Of a DNA stretch of 64,000 bases, positions 24,183-38,861 are shown in pieces. The number at the start of each line of letters is the position of its first letter. Within the stretch, counting starts at the first letter, position 1. Source of the stretch: Tubulanus polymorphus (Eukaryota > Animalia > Nemertea); the NCBI RefSeq assembly GCF_964204645.1, contig NC_134026.1, positions 10,253,950-10,317,949 on the forward strand, written 5' to 3'. The translations under genes and the position numbers were made by a program. Under the pieces are notes generated by a model. The model did no database searches and had not been told where the DNA came from. It saw only the letters and a program-made list of their open reading frames with translations.

Positions 24183-27100
24183 CTAACTATTCTCTGGACT
24201 ACCTGAAATGAGAATGAAAAGGCAATTCATTCACGATGCATTTACAGTCAATCCCTGATATACCCTCCAAATCTGTACCTTTTAAGAATTTTGGTGGTAT
24301 GGAGCGTATGGCAATATATCAAAGGTTAATTTTGACTTGTTCTGAGACAAAATACTGACGTTCCATTTTCAGAAAGACCAGGCATTAGGTGGGGGCAGCG
24401 GTTTATTGGAGGTTCACTACAAACAACATGAGAGCAGTTATTTCATGACTTAATTTTGAGCTAATAATGTCGGAGTAGGGTTGACTAAAAATGTTTCGAG
24501 GGGAGAGAGGGAGTGAGGGAGGCAGGGTCGGGAGGGAGATAGGGAGGGAGGGTAACCACAAGATGATGCGTTACACGAGATAACACAGAGTCATATGGAC
24601 GTAACTTAGGATAACATGCTTTAGACTGCCACATACCACATCCCTGTACATACAACATAAGATACGCACGTCAATCTATGTTAATGCACTACACAGCCAA
24701 AGAAATGGCATCTTGAACATACATACTTTAAGGACAGCCCCATCCTATGTCTAGGAGAATTTAGGGCTTTTATACAAACCTTGATTATTAGGATCATTTG
24801 ATGAAGATGAACCATTTTCATTCATTTGTGTCCGTAATTGATTGACTAGTTCAGGATTTTGTTGCTGCATCTGCTGAGCCAATTGATAAGTCCTGAAAAG
24901 AGACAGTCACAATTTCAAATGTTTGCTCTGTTTATATTGATTGTACTGAACAGTTTTGTGGTTACTTACGTCCTGAAAAGATTTCCCATACCACTTGCAG
25001 CTCCACTTTCTCCTTGTCCCGCATTCTGCAGAAGCCCGGTCATCCTACAAGCGACAAAATCACAATTTTCAGTGTTATTCCTTAGATCCACTGTACCTTT
25101 TAATATTAGAAATCCTATTCTTCCTTTACTTACTGATACCAGTCCCTCAATCTTCCCCACAGAGGCAACAAGTTAGGGGGTCGCGTTGAAAAGGCGCACT
25201 AGGCTGGCTGATGAGTAAGGCAGATGTTGGGGCGAGTTAGAGCCAGCAGGTTATACTGTGGAAAATTACTAGGACCTTTAATGTGCATTCTTTAATTATT
25301 GTTCAACAGAAGTTATATATTTCATGCATATGCATTGTCCTGAAAATGTAGCTTACAGAGATTTAATCCTGGGACAATCTTAATGTTATACACCACACGC
25401 GGGCAAGACAGAATTACAGTAGACTCCGCTTACCTCGGAATTCTTGGGACTGGAAAATTTTTTCTGAGGTATGCGATTTCCGAGGTATATAAGGCAAATT
25501 TTGTCATAGAAAAAAATTGTTGCTGACACGTGGGCTCAAATTATCCTTCTTATACTAATCTACGTTGAATAAACATTGTATATATGTACCATATCTGACA
25601 GGTTTTTATTGTTATTTCAATCAAAACCTCATATCCCCGGGAGATTTGACTTGTCATCTTTAAAACATCGTACTGTAGTAGACCAAGTAAAGCCTCCTTC
25701 CCAGTTGAGAGAATTTAAAAACACGTGGGTTTGATGTGCAGTGACAAGTCTATAGCTCCGCCTACATCCATTCAATTGACTATTCGTATTAAAGACAGCC
25801 GAGAACTAGCGCGACTGGCACGCTACCAATTCTTACGATCATCTCCATATCTATCGCAATACAGGTGGTAACGTAGTACAGATGTTGATTCACATCGCGT
25901 CCAAGAACAGGTATTAATTAATCTGTTTCAAGTTGTTATCTTAAGTCCGATCGACCCAATTTTTGTTATGCTGATGGGCCCTGGGGGGATTCACATATAT
26001 CCGAAAGATCAAGGTAATTGATCAAAGCGTCTTCAAAATTTCCCTCAATAAGTTCAAAAATGTGTAAAAAGTGCTGATTTTGGTGAACAACAATGGCTGC
26101 CAGTCGGCCATCTTGATTCTGATAGGGCCAGTTTTTGGGCTGAAGATGTGTCTAGGGTAGATACATGTGTAACCCAAATATCAAGACATTACCTTGAAGT
26201 GTCTTCAAAACTTCCCAAAATAACTGGATTCCGTCTACGGACGGACGAACGGACGGACGAAAAGTGAACGCAATAGCCCGCTAGGACTAAAGTCCCAAGT
26301 GGGCTAAAAACGGAGTTGAGCCAGCATGTTCTCTGCCACTGTGTTGATACAGTGCTGCTTCCTGTTGTACTACCAGTTATCTCATAGTTAGCAATCGAGC
26401 TATAATAGTCAGCAAGTTTTCAAAACGTGAATACGAGATAACTAAATAGGGACAATGATGGAAGAACAGGAACGAGATACCTTGTAGTTTGCATACATAG
26501 TATTAACTCGTGATCATCAATATTCAGCGTCGAAACGACTACAACTTCATGTCACCCAAATAATGCCAACTACTGGGTGTACTTACATATCCTGCATTTC
26601 TGGCCTTGACATCAGATTTTGTGCCTAAAATACCAGCAATGAATTTCATCAATCGGTTGAAATAATGACATTGAACATTACATAACACAACCTAAATTCT
26701 TTTTACATTGCCATTTGATATAAGGGGCAAGAAATGTTGTGGTGTAGATAACGGTGATTTTCTATCATTTATCATATACCATCGTGGTCAAAGCCCAGAG
26801 GAGCCAGTGACAACATACAATGATAATGATAATCTAAGATATGCATATTACTTACCATACTCATAATTGAAGGGTTACTCATCAGAGCGGAAAAATCCAA
26901 TCCACCCATTCCAGCAGGTGGATTACTCGGCGTCTACAACGTGAAGTAGAGAACTGATATAATCACAACGATTCTACGACAATTGCCCCCCCCCCCCCGA
27001 ATAAAATCCTTTTTGATTTGGATTAACACCACCTAAATACTTTACTTAGAAATTCATTTGTATATTTTTGAATACTAAGATACAGAATTACTGATGTTGA

Positions 27101-30100
27101 GTGCAGATCAAAAACTTTAAACTAGTCCTTGTGTAATTATAATTCACTTATCAAATTGAAGGAAACTTAATAAGTCCACTTGTCCACATTAGTTAACGTT
27201 GGCTGATTTATTGGAATTAGTTTTCGTGTTACTTTAGCCAATCAAAAACTTTAAAGCAGTCCTAGAGTAAATAGCTAGAATTAGTTCACTTTGTCTAATT
27301 AATTTGAAGTAAATATCTGCGTTACTTTAAGATTAAAAAGATTTAATTTGGGGGGCAATCGTCAGGGGGGGCAGTTGTCCGGAGGGGGGGGGTCATTGCT
27401 ATGATGTAGCCAATTCAATGAGGTACTGTCTCGCAAGCAGCAGATAGCGTAACGACTATATCTGCTATATAGTCAGTTGTATGTAGTCAAAATTAGTTAG
27501 ATTTTTATTTTAGATTCAAAACGGACTCTTAAGGCTCCTGGATAATATTGTCCTTTCTACACGGCATTTGGTATATTTTTTTTCTATTGACAATTCACGT
27601 ACATAAGGGAAAAATTTTTGATCAATTTTTATCGAAATGTAGCAGAAATCGAAGTGCTTCAACTGAGTATTTACTAATTCCGAACTGCTTCAGTAGCAGT
27701 GCCACTACCCAATTGACACAGATTGGTGATACTGTCAACATGTGTAAGAGAACATTCAATTTCAGATACAAGTAATATACACTTCCCCATCCAGGAACAA
27801 TTATGCATCATGTAGACCTACCTAGCCTGACTGTTTGTATAATGATCGACTAAATGGTCACTAATCACATATCAGTACATCCTAAATAGTGGCATCTAAT
27901 CAATCCATGAATTTGAAAAAGGACTCGTTTTTGAGATCACTGAACACCATTTCTTTTTAAATTCAGGCATTCAACTTTTAGAGAATACATGTTTTTACAT
28001 GTTGGCCGAAGAGCAAAGACTAGTCCTTATAGCAAAATCAAATTCATCGTTATCATGAGTACTTACATCTGTAAGATTTATTTCCTCTAGTTTCTGTTCG
28101 GCTGCTCGTAGATTCATGTGATATGTTTCGTTGCCCGGGTCAAGTTCCGATGCTCTTTTGTAGCACTCGCGCGCGTTTTCGTACTCAAAACAAGCCGTAT
28201 ATGCCAGACTACAAACAAATCAAAAAGGAGAAAACTGCAACGATGACGATAACATGAAATCGGAAATTTCAGACAAAATCCTTTAAGACCAAGCAACCCT
28301 TATGAATAGCTAAGCATATCAAAACAACAAGTATTGACTTTTTACCGAGTTCCCTCCCTGGTTTACTCAAATATTTAGAACCCAGTCTTTGAGGTCTATC
28401 TTAATAGGAATTGAGAAATAGTCAAAGTTTAAACTAAATTGTTGCAACCATTTTAAAATCTTATATGGAAAAATGCATTTATGTGTTTTGTAGTGAATTA
28501 TTTAGCCAAAGTCTGATAGAAGTCGAAATAGTGCATGCTATCGTATCAATGGGCAAATCTAGGAGGACTAGTGAGATTTTTACAAGCGCATCAAATTTTC
28601 AAGGGCCCTTTTTCAACAACGACATTTCGGTGTGTGATTGCCTGTTTGGACATCAAAGTGTCCTTTTGTGATGTTACAGCTCTGTCAAAATCAGCCTCTA
28701 GATCCGCCTCTGATATTGTTAGCCAATGTCAGCATAATATCTAAACTATAGGAATACTCATGAATAAATGCACCATTTGATGATCACGTCGGACTTGGGG
28801 TCATATTCTTAATGCCATACAGTAGAATCTCACTTACCCCATACGACCGTATGCTTTACTATAATCGGGTTCGATATCTAGAGCTTGCCGACAGTCATCT
28901 ATTGCTGCTTTATGATTTCCTAGTTTACTATGCGCAGCAGCTCTGCAAAACATAACAGTCTAACTAAACACTTCAATAACTAAACACTTCGAATAAAACA
29001 ATTTTCAATTTTGCAACATGACAATGAAACTAATAGCTAAGCAATTTTCATGACAACAGTTTATTCATTTTATTAAAACACTTATTCGAGTCTCACGATT
29101 CCATCAGCTTCAAATCTCTGCAGAGGGGGATATTTCATACAACCGTATTTTCCGGCCAATAAGCCGAGGGCAGTTTTTTAGCCTAAAATACATGGATTTC
29201 ATAGAGCTTCGCCCAATAAGCCGAGGCCCTTCATCAAAGATTTTAATTCACTGATTTGTCAATTAGTTCGTCATAATTGACGATTTAAGAGGCTGACAGT
29301 AGCGCCCGCCGATGTGTGAGAGTGCTGTATATACTATCATCGCCGAGTGACTGTGCTATATATAGACTCACTCAGCTGATTACTATACACACAGCCATAC
29401 ACGCAGTACGCAGCTCACTGCTGATTTGCATATATACTAATGTATGAACTGACACGTGGAAGTACGATGAACTCGCGCGTTATATAAATGTATACCATTG
29501 CCGCTGTGTGGTGATGGAACAATCAAAGTAAAAATAAAATAGTTCAAATTAGATTATAATTGGTAGTAAATAATGACCTCAAATAAATATCGACCACTTT
29601 TCTTGATTTTGACGATCATTGAGAGCATTAGAGTGGCATAGATCGGGAAGTGATTTTTTATGTCAGATCGTATCCGCCCAATAAGCCGATCACGATATTT
29701 TGGGTAAAAATCTGAGGCTAGAAAATCGGCTTATTGGCCGGAAAATACGGTATGTGGCTGTATCACAAGATGCTTTTGAATATTAAGTGGTACATAGAAT
29801 TGTCTATCTATTGTTCTATTCAAGACCATTTACAGTGGAGCCTAGTTGAATCTTCTGGGCAAAAGTGAATTGCTGTATTTGACGGGCTTCGTATTTTCCA
29901 AAGCTTGATTGATATAAATATCTTTGTTGAGATATGCTGGAAATCATGGTCTAAAATTTAACCTAATTTCTGATTGGCTAACAATGACATCGTCTAAGCT
30001 GCGTGTGTACCTGCGCACTCACGCTAACGTGGCAGGGTTTCATGCTGTGGTGGTCTCGATGCCAACAGCTTCGAATCCCTGCCAGGGGAAGATGAGTATG

Positions 30101-31593
30101 GCCAAACACAAACCTGTTACAATAATATACTGCATTGGTCGGGTCTAAGTCGAGAGCTTGTGTGTATAAATTCATTGCTTCCATGTATTTATCGGCTTTC
30201 ATCAAATCATTTCCCTCCTGCTTCCGTTGTTCGGCTTCAGCTTTCTCCGCCAGCGTTGGAATCTTTTGTGGCTGCGCCGATGTACCCTGAAATACAAATT
30301 CACCTTTGAATCAAGTACCCAGATGTGTGTGATCGTGAAGCTAGTGGTTGACAGATCGTGCGAATTTAGCACTAAGACCGATTTACATAAGCTGAATTTG
30401 CCTATCCAATAACCATATGATTCTAAGATACATTTTTTTGTCCAATTTATTCAGTAGAGGTTGAATTAAGCAATCAGTGACTAAGATTCAGCGATAATAA
30501 CTAACTTATTTGATTTGTTGGAATTGACTTGCTGACAACAATTTGCATAGTACAAGTATAGGGACTATCTTATAACTTAATAACCAAACAGTTCATTAAC
30601 TTACAAAACTGAGAAATATGTATCTAGAAGGAGGTACAATGCAGTTTCACCGAACTATGATTTAGCCATGAACATGTATATGGCAAAAATGGCCAGAATA
30701 TCTCAGGGAACTCCAAAGCCCCCCAACTTTATCTAGGAAATCTAATGATGGGTTATCTTAAAAAAAAACAAATATAAAATATCAGCTTTACAATTTTTAG
30801 AAATGGTTAGAATGCACCAGCAAATGAGAATCTACACTTACCATGGCTTCTGTGAATATATCTATTAGTTTTTTGTCATTCTGATAATCAGCACTACTTA
30901 AACTGACGCCATACGCCGTTTCTAAACATTGCCGCGCCACTGCATGAAAACCAAATTCAACATATGAGCACAATCATCAAGGAATGGTAAAAATATAAGT
31001 CAAATCCTAGTAGAATAGCCACACTGACGTAAAGATGGTGAATAGATAATAAGTTATAAACCCATTATGTCCACAATTTAAAAGATTAAAAGCGATTTCT
31101 AATCATCAAAAATTAGAATTTAAAGACACAGTCAGGTGCGAGGGAATAACTAAAATCTCAACAACTCTACATACATAGGCTAAGGTTGAGTTTAGGCTTA
31201 TATCCATTCTATTCAAACCCTCCCATCTGAATCAGTTTATTTTTCAGTCCACTTTTCATACTTAAAATGTCAGTACCCTGATTTCCAGAAGTTCAACAGA
31301 TCCCCATGGTATCTCAAAATGATCCAAGTTAATTTGGGATTATTCATCCATTATTAGCACCTAGAACTGCTACCTAGAAAATTGCACCACAACACTAAAG
31401 GAGGCTCCGGGCCAGATCATAGGTGCAAAATGGTTAAATATGAAAATAAGGAGATTGCCATTTCTGATTATACCACTATCAAACCTGACTTACCTTCTAA
31501 ACTCTCTGTAGCATCATCACCTAACTTTCCCGATGTTATTTCATCATCAAGGAACTTTATTATGGAGAACACAAGTTGCTTCTTCTCAGCCAT
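24183..31593 (-). CDS. SGTA: Small glutamine-rich TPR co-chaperone (SGTA/SGTB ortholog), 313 aa
   Basis: Exons 31593-31494, 30939-30842, 30286-30114, 28942-28838, 28208-28067, 26933-26856, 26624-26587, 25044-24970, 24892-24780 and 24202-24183 total 942 nt in frame, all GT-AG. Dimerisation domain ([15 protein letters not shown]), three TPRs ([28 protein letters not shown]), and a Q-rich C-terminus ([14 protein letters not shown]). Confidence 0.95.
25945..26310 (+). mobile_element. HINE/Helentron-associated-like repeat, copy 2
   Basis: (GGAC)n microsatellite, 3' stem-loop tagcccgctaggactaaagtcccaagtgggcta (26274-26306) and an A run; homologous to 21010-21350. Confidence 0.55.
29143..29750. mobile_element. 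Tc1/mariner-pogo-like MITE in an SGT intron
   Basis: Perfect 25-bp TIR ccgtattttccggccaataagccga; right flank TA, left flank AA; internal ccaataagccga copies. Confidence 0.85.
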
Positions 31594-32061
31594 TTTGTAG
31601 TAACCTAAAACATGCACAGGTGTGTTATGTTGAATGTTGTATTCAGGCACCAAACCATTCGGTAAATTTTATTCACCATATTTTGTATTCGGATATCTGA
31701 TATCAAAATCCAAGCCCCGCAGATGTGGTGGGTTTTAAGGATGACAAAAGAAAATTCAATGTGTCTCTTATATTCGATAAAGGCATTGGACATTTCAATG
31801 ACGCAGCATTATCCTGGTTATTTTGGCCAATTATTATGATTCGCACATATTGTGAATGATTTTTCTTTAACGCGCGGAATGTCATATTTTGTGGATGCAG
31901 AGGATTTGATGCATCCATAATTATTAATTGACTTAGATTGCATCTCAGAGCCCCACTCCCAGGCCTACTCTGTCCATCATATCATTATTTAGTATTGCGG
32001 ACATTTTGTCCCTTCTCTATTGTTGTAAAAACTGATATTGCACAATTAATTACGTACGTAC

Positions 32062-32180
32062 CGCTCTAGGAAGGCGCAGATTGATAAATTGATGCGTGCT
32101 GAGAGAAAATCACAACCCGGAAGTGTACGACGGCGCGTTGTTTTCTATCTGCCACAGCATATTTCTTCTGCGCATGCTCT
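32062..32180 (-). promoter_or_regulatory. Probable SGT promoter and 5' non-coding exon
   Basis: ETS motif CCGGAAGTG (32117-32125), NRF1-like TGCGCATGC (32169), candidate donor G|GTACGT at 32062/32061, and acceptor ttttag| at 31604 just upstream of the ATG. Confidence 0.45.
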
Positions 32181-32247
32181 AGTCAGCGTCCAATGCGGGG
32201 TGCGATTAAATACTTTGTTTCGTTTAGAACAGCGTGCACCGATCGAT

Positions 32248-35050
32248 CAATTCAATTCAATTCAATTCAATTCAATTCAAAAAGTCTCTTTATTGTACTG
32301 ATATCACCATTTCGGGTCGAGATGTACAGAGTGGCATCTACAAGTATTTACAAAGCATGAACAAGTAGTTTTTACAAAGCATAAACATTTTACATCAATA
32401 ACAACAATAAGAGGGATAACAGTGGTTTCTTATTAACTACCAGAATCTAGGATTTAGAAGCCTCGAGAGATGTATTCCCCAATTGTATCTTGTAGTTTTT
32501 TATCCGTGAGAAAAGTTTTTAATTTGGTTTGGTTTAATTTCTAGTTTGGTAATTTGGGGCATCTGGGTATATACAACTCACCGCTTTGTTGTTTAGATCG
32601 TATCTAATTTCGTTTAGTCGTATGCATAATGGTGCGATATTTCTGAATAGCAAGAGGAGCGCTGAATCGCAGTATTTATCGCTATTCTTGCTATTCTACA
32701 AAACCTTACGATAGCTATTCTTGCTATTCTACTCTCCTAAAATAACAAAGAATAGCATGCTTTTCTTGCTATTATTGCTATAGGCCCTATCTTCCTCGCT
32801 CTATCAAAAGACGGTAATTACTTATCCTAAATAAATTACAAATGTTGGTTCTGTACAGTTTTGGTAGCTTAAGATCCATTAAGAATGACGTCATGGTAAA
32901 TTCAGGATTAGATTTTTGTAGCAGTCAAGTTTTGGGGAATTTGATATCCATTTGTGCCAAAAAAATTTATACCTCTCTTGAAGTGTATGTTTAGTTCGGG
33001 TAAAAGATTTAAAATTAGATGGATTCTCTATCTGAGTGGTTTAGGATGCCAGCCAGTTTTGCGAGGAGGCTATACCAAGTAGAGTTTAACAAGATTGACT
33101 CTTGCGTGGCGTGGTACACCAATTTGTCCTGTTTCTGGTGCATAGCATGCTAGAATTTCAGGAGACGCACACAAGGAGCTATATAAAGTGGATATTTACC
33201 GAATTCACCAATTACAGCCATATGTTCGTTGCTCGGCGTGTAACATTAAGTACGTATTTACAAGATGAGATAAATAGTTTCTGAAGGTGGTCATCTTTTT
33301 CAAATGCTAATTCAATATTAAAGACACCTGTTTTTGAGATTTTCCTTAGGAGCTGTTTTGAGGGGACCCAAATTTCACAGCTGTACAATAGAATTGGTGC
33401 CACCAAATTATCGAAAAGTTTTACACATACTTCTGGGATGCAGTTACCTGCACCAATGAGTTTTTGGATTGAGAACATGGCTCTTCTTTAGCATTATTTA
33501 CCTTTTGCTTTGTTGAAAACACCGAGGTATTTGTAATCTTTCACAAATTTCTAATGCTAGATTGCCGTACTTAAAATCTAGGGTCACAGGAATGTTAGCT
33601 TTTCGACTAAATACTATGACCTTACTTTTTTAATGTTAACTTCAAGTTTCCAACTCTAAAAATAGGTATATAGCTTATCCAACGTCGACGGGACAACATT
33701 GGAGCCCTTTTTGGGACTCAGATATAAAAAAAATATCGTCAGCGTATAATAGGCAATTTATGAGATAGTTATGTAATTGAACAGGGTCACACAATTCATC
33801 AAATATATCGATCACATCATTTATGAAAATATTAAAGAGGATAGGGCTAAGTATGTCACCTTGCCTTACTCCTACGCTTGAGGGGTACATTTCAGACGTT
33901 ATACTGGTACCGATTTTTAGGCACCAGGTTGTTTTTGAGTACATGCTAGATACTATGTTTTGAAAGCGTTGCCCAAGATTAAGGTCGTTTAGCTTATGCA
34001 TAAGTCCCTCGTGCCAGACGGAATCAAATGCTCGTTTTAAATCAATAAAACATGTATATAGCTTTTGGGATTTCAGCAATTTCTTGTCAATGATGGTCTT
34101 TAGCGTAAATATATGATCCGAGGTGTTGCAATTCGGCATGAATCCTATCTGTTTTTTATTGATAATTTTATTATTACATAGATATTTGATAAGCCTGTTA
34201 TTGATTATCCGGAGGAGAATAGATTTCCTAGACAACTGTTCAGCGTTATACCTCAATAGTTATCCGGGTTATTGGGCGCGCCACCTTTATGGATGGGTGT
34301 TATTATTCCTTGGGCCCAAGAACTTTGGAAGATGCCATTACTGTAGATGTGGTTAAAGATTTGTAATAAGCTTTTTGAGATTGCCTCCTGTCCGAATTTC
34401 AGTAATTCATTGTGATCGTTGGCTATCTAACCCTGGTGATTTGTTGTTCTTAAGTTTATTAATTGTTTCAAGTATTTCGCGTTCACTAATTCTGTGGTCA
34501 AGTTCATGGAATATTGGAGTATTAGGATTGATTGGCTTATTGCCTATATTGATATCTTTTTGCCCTTTACTGATATTAACAAAATGCTGCAGTTGCAGCT
34601 GCATTTGGTCCTTCATAAGTTTTATTCTTATCACCACCAGGTGCAAGATTATTGACAGCATTCCACCAGAATGTCCTGGGTGGTAGATTTGGCTGGTTAA
34701 GTTTATCAAGTTGAGCCTGTTTGAATTTTAGCTTTTTTGATTTAATAAGTTTTTTTGTATGCCTTTTTGGCTTTAAAGTAATCAGCTCTGGTATCATCTG
34801 ACCGGAATTCACTAATTAGTTTGCCTAATTTACGGATTCGGTTATTTTTTTGGTGGCATTGATTATCAAACCATTTCTTACAGGGTTTGTGTTTTTTTTT
34901 TGGTTACCCTTGGATTTCGGCAATCATTCTTCAGAATATTAACAAAATCATGCTACTACTCGGTCAACTGACTCCTGAGTTGGGCTGCCTGAAGTCCATA
35001 TATTACTGTTGTTAAGATCCAGCAATTTTTGTATAGTTTCTGGGTTTGAC
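32248..35050 (-). mobile_element. Decayed, 5'-truncated LINE retrotransposon (reverse transcriptase region)
   Basis: RT motifs KSPGLD, QIGF, FIDLKRAFDSVWH, GVRQGDILSPILFNIFIND, LLYADD and YKYLG spread over frameshifted ORFs (33212-34812); 3' end AATAAA plus (GAATT)n tail at 32248-32295. Confidence 0.92.
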
Positions 35051-36359
35051 AGCAGGTTTTGAATATCGGACGGTTACTTGTAATTTTTGAAACGCTTGTT
35101 TTCAAGACAAACAGAGTTTTAAAAGAGTCGCAAAGACAACTTGACAGTAGAAACCCATTCAAAGCCATCAAAATACTTTTATACACAGTATAGGCACTTA
35201 CAGTAACGGTAATGATAAAAATCCTCCTGGTTATGCTTACCTTACTAAAGCCAACTTTTTAGGGGACGAAAATATGGCGATTTCTTGAATTCGCTGCAAA
35301 ATTTCTCCAATCGATAAGTATCGAAAGTATGCAACTCGAATACAGCTCGCAGCTTGCTACACTCACTTCATTCACCCTGACAATAACCTGATTATAGTAT
35401 ATATGACTTATATGTATAATAGGGTGTAGAAAAAACATGTATATTATGTAAGAAAAAAAATCTATTAACAGAACATTAATATTCATCAATAATTCGGGTC
35501 CTTGTTTTCAATAAATCGTAATATATATTTAGCTCGGTTGTATTTTCGTAATTATAATTACTTAGGCCTCTTCTGAGATTGATGAGAGAGAATGAAAGAT
35601 CATTAAATGATGGCATTCATCGCCGTTGTTATCATTATCACCAATGCGCCATCTAATGGACACGCAGGCAGCGAACCACTCAGCGATCCAAACCACCTTA
35701 GATCCCGTTACACCGGCGGTCGAACTATGATATTTTCGAAAAGTAACTAGCTCCACCCGGGCCACTGTCAGCTCCCGATGCGAACCATGACACCATGAAA
35801 TATCCATAGCCGGAAGGTAGCGAATCGACGATGACGTTGTTTTTCAGTTACCCGGGTGATTAAAAGATTAGCTTTTTCCAATAATTGACTTTAAAGTGAT
35901 CTCGAACACAGTCACTACACACAGTGATCGAAATCGGTCAGCAGTGGGTTTTAGGAAAAAGGGGCGTGCGCCCCTATCACTAAAAAATCACCTCTACTGA
36001 ATGAAATATGTAGGCCCGTAAACATCTGAAATTAAGGTATCGATCTGAGGCCGTTCACATTTTGAATCCACTTTTTTGCTTAACAAAAATTTTTTCAAAA
36101 GCACGCTGTACCGCGTAGCGGCTCGTCATTCTCTGTTCTAGGTGGTTGGCTCACGGCTTCTCATGCTTCTGTAAATGAGACCGTGAAATGGCCCCAAAAC
36201 GCATCTCCGGCGATTGAATTTTCAAAATTTTTCTAGGGGAGGGCCCCCATTCCCCCTTCAGATATAATAATCGTGCCTGAAAAATTCCTTCCGACGGCTG
36301 TGGAATCATAGAAAATTGACCATAGAACGGTGCCAGTTTCCTTTTCAGTGTTAAAGTTA

Positions 36360-36992
36360 GGGGCACAAGAGCTTATTTTTTCGCCCGATCGCGGCGAATT
36401 CATAAATGGCCCGTGTGGCCACTCACGGCGACGACCGATCCATTTTTATCAACACGTAGCGATTAAACCGAAATTCGGTCAGCGACTGGCAATTAGTGGG
36501 AGAGAGTTAACGAATCACGTGATATCAACAATGCATCCTATTGGTTGATAAAAATGGATCGCTCGGTTAAATTCGCCGAATGCGGGCAGACGAGCGAATT
36601 TGCGGGCGATCCGATCGCCGGCGTAAATAATCGGGCGAAAATATTAGGATAGAATATTAGGACAATATGTTGCGTTGTTGATATCATGTGATTCGTTAAC
36701 TTCCTCCCACTAAGTGCCAGTCGCTCAACGAATTTCGGTTTGATCGCTGCGTGTGCCCGCTCGCATCTGGCGTATAAATTCGTCGGCGAATTCGCTGGTG
36801 AATTTAATCGTCGCGATCGGGCGAAAAAATACGCTCGTGTGTCCCTACCTTAAAACGTGTTTGATACGGGCGATTCGCCGGGCGATCGAGTCGGCCGGCG
36901 AAATCGTCGTCGCCGTGAGTGGCCACACGAGCGAATTTTCCGGGCGATTTATAAATTCGCCGCGATGGGGCGAAAAATACGCTCGTGTGCCT
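36360..36992. mobile_element. PIF/Harbinger-like MITE
   Basis: Long imperfect TIRs ggcacaagagcttattttttcgcccgatcgcggcgaatt / aattcgccgcgatggggcgaaaaatacgctcgtgtgcc; internal inverted blocks; TTA-like flanks. Confidence 0.75.
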
Positions 36993-38861
36993 TTACACAC
37001 TGGTCACTACCGTAGCTGTAATGATGTATCAGGCATACGAGAATATATTTCAATTCCTTCTCCGCTTTTCCGATCCCTTGAATCTGAAATGGATATGAAT
37101 TTCGTAACTATAAAACGGCGTTGACAATGCAACATTGTATTAAAATGATTCTATCGCCATCAACTTTGAAACGAGTTTAGAACATCGACCGGGGGACCTG
37201 ATTGACTTTATGGGAGAATCGGGTAAGAAATACGGTAAATAATTATTGATATACGCGTATCAGTTCCTAGTATTGAGACATACGCTATTCTCGTGCGTTT
37301 TATTTCTGATAATTACAACGGGTAGGCCTACATAATATGAGAGATCGTTGATGGGGGATGCAAACCCATTTTTGCAACCATCTGATATGTCTATTCGCCA
37401 ATGGACGAATTGTAATTTGATTGAAGAGCACTTGATAAGGGCCGTCAGTAGTGATTTTCTGATTGGGATGCTGGTTCGAGTATTACGATGCCGATAACAC
37501 GCAACGAAATCGGTAATGGAGATGCCAAGAGTTGCCGCGAAAATACCTCACCCAGTCTACATTTGTCTGTAGGGCAGAAATTTAAATGGCATCGTGGTGA
37601 TGACAAGTCGAGATACTTAATTAACTTCAACGTGATGAAAGGTCTATCGAGAAAATCAATCTGATCGAACGATCATGGTGAGTTTAAGGAGAGAAGATAG
37701 ACAAACGCAGCCCTATCAGCTCTATGTGACATTGCCGACTAATTGACATACGCGGTGAACATCCTAACGTCATCGGACGCATAGGCATCCTGCAAGGATA
37801 TTATCATGTAGAACTGATGACCGAACATGGTTTAACCTAAACGAGTGCCTTATCTACTCCACTACATATATACATGCGTATATCAATAAAATCGCTACAT
37901 ATTGAGAGCGTTGATTTGCAGAAAAGCTGATAGAAATTTGCCTAAACTAAATTGTATTTCAAAAAACTTGTAAAAGTACATTTAAACACAAATTTGTAAG
38001 TAGTAAATAAAAAGTGAATAAAAAAACCCATACCAAATTTTTGTATGTGTATAAGTAAGTACGTGTATTAAGTCATTTAGTACTTTCTCTTACTAAGCAG
38101 CTTTTATGTAAACAACTTCTATGTACATATAAACCACTTCTTAGAAAGCCTTCCTCCTGGCCCAGGAGGGACTGGTCACATTTCGTAAAAGTAAATCATT
38201 TGATTCACGCCACGGTGATAGAGTGAATATTAAAATAATAATCAAAGACAAAAAAGAAAACATCCATTCAAAATGTCCCCTAAAGGCTGGCTAAGTCATA
38301 AATAGACGTATAACCTGTCGCAGACTAAACCCATGCAATTGTATGTCCATCTACTTGGACCCAATCCTTTTGATGACAGTTGAATTGTTAAGGGTCAGGC
38401 GCTACAAATTGAGAATCATGATAAATATTTTATTTCACAGAATTTAAAGCCAACTTTTGACATAAATTTGGAATTTGGACCCATGAGTTTAGTACGTGAG
38501 TTAGTATTTACAGTCAACCCCCGATCGATTTACCGCCCTCCCATATACCGCCACCCCTCCTACATCCAGGTGCTCTCAATGTACATCTCTGCTTACGCTG
38601 ACTGCTTACGTATAAAAGTTATCTATGGCTAATCTTTCTTCGATTCCAATCTAATCAGCCTGATTATCGCAATAGAAAAGACAGCCTTCTAATTATTGAA
38701 GTTGGGGTTTGATATCCAGGAAAATTCTAAAGTCTTATTTTCTGAACGATAACTCTCGAGCTGCACTTTCTCTGCTTTACAGTTGTTTTCTCTCTAATGA
38801 ATACTTATACCGTTTATATTCGCACCGGTGTTCTGTAAACGTCTGGTCGTCCGATCAGTGT

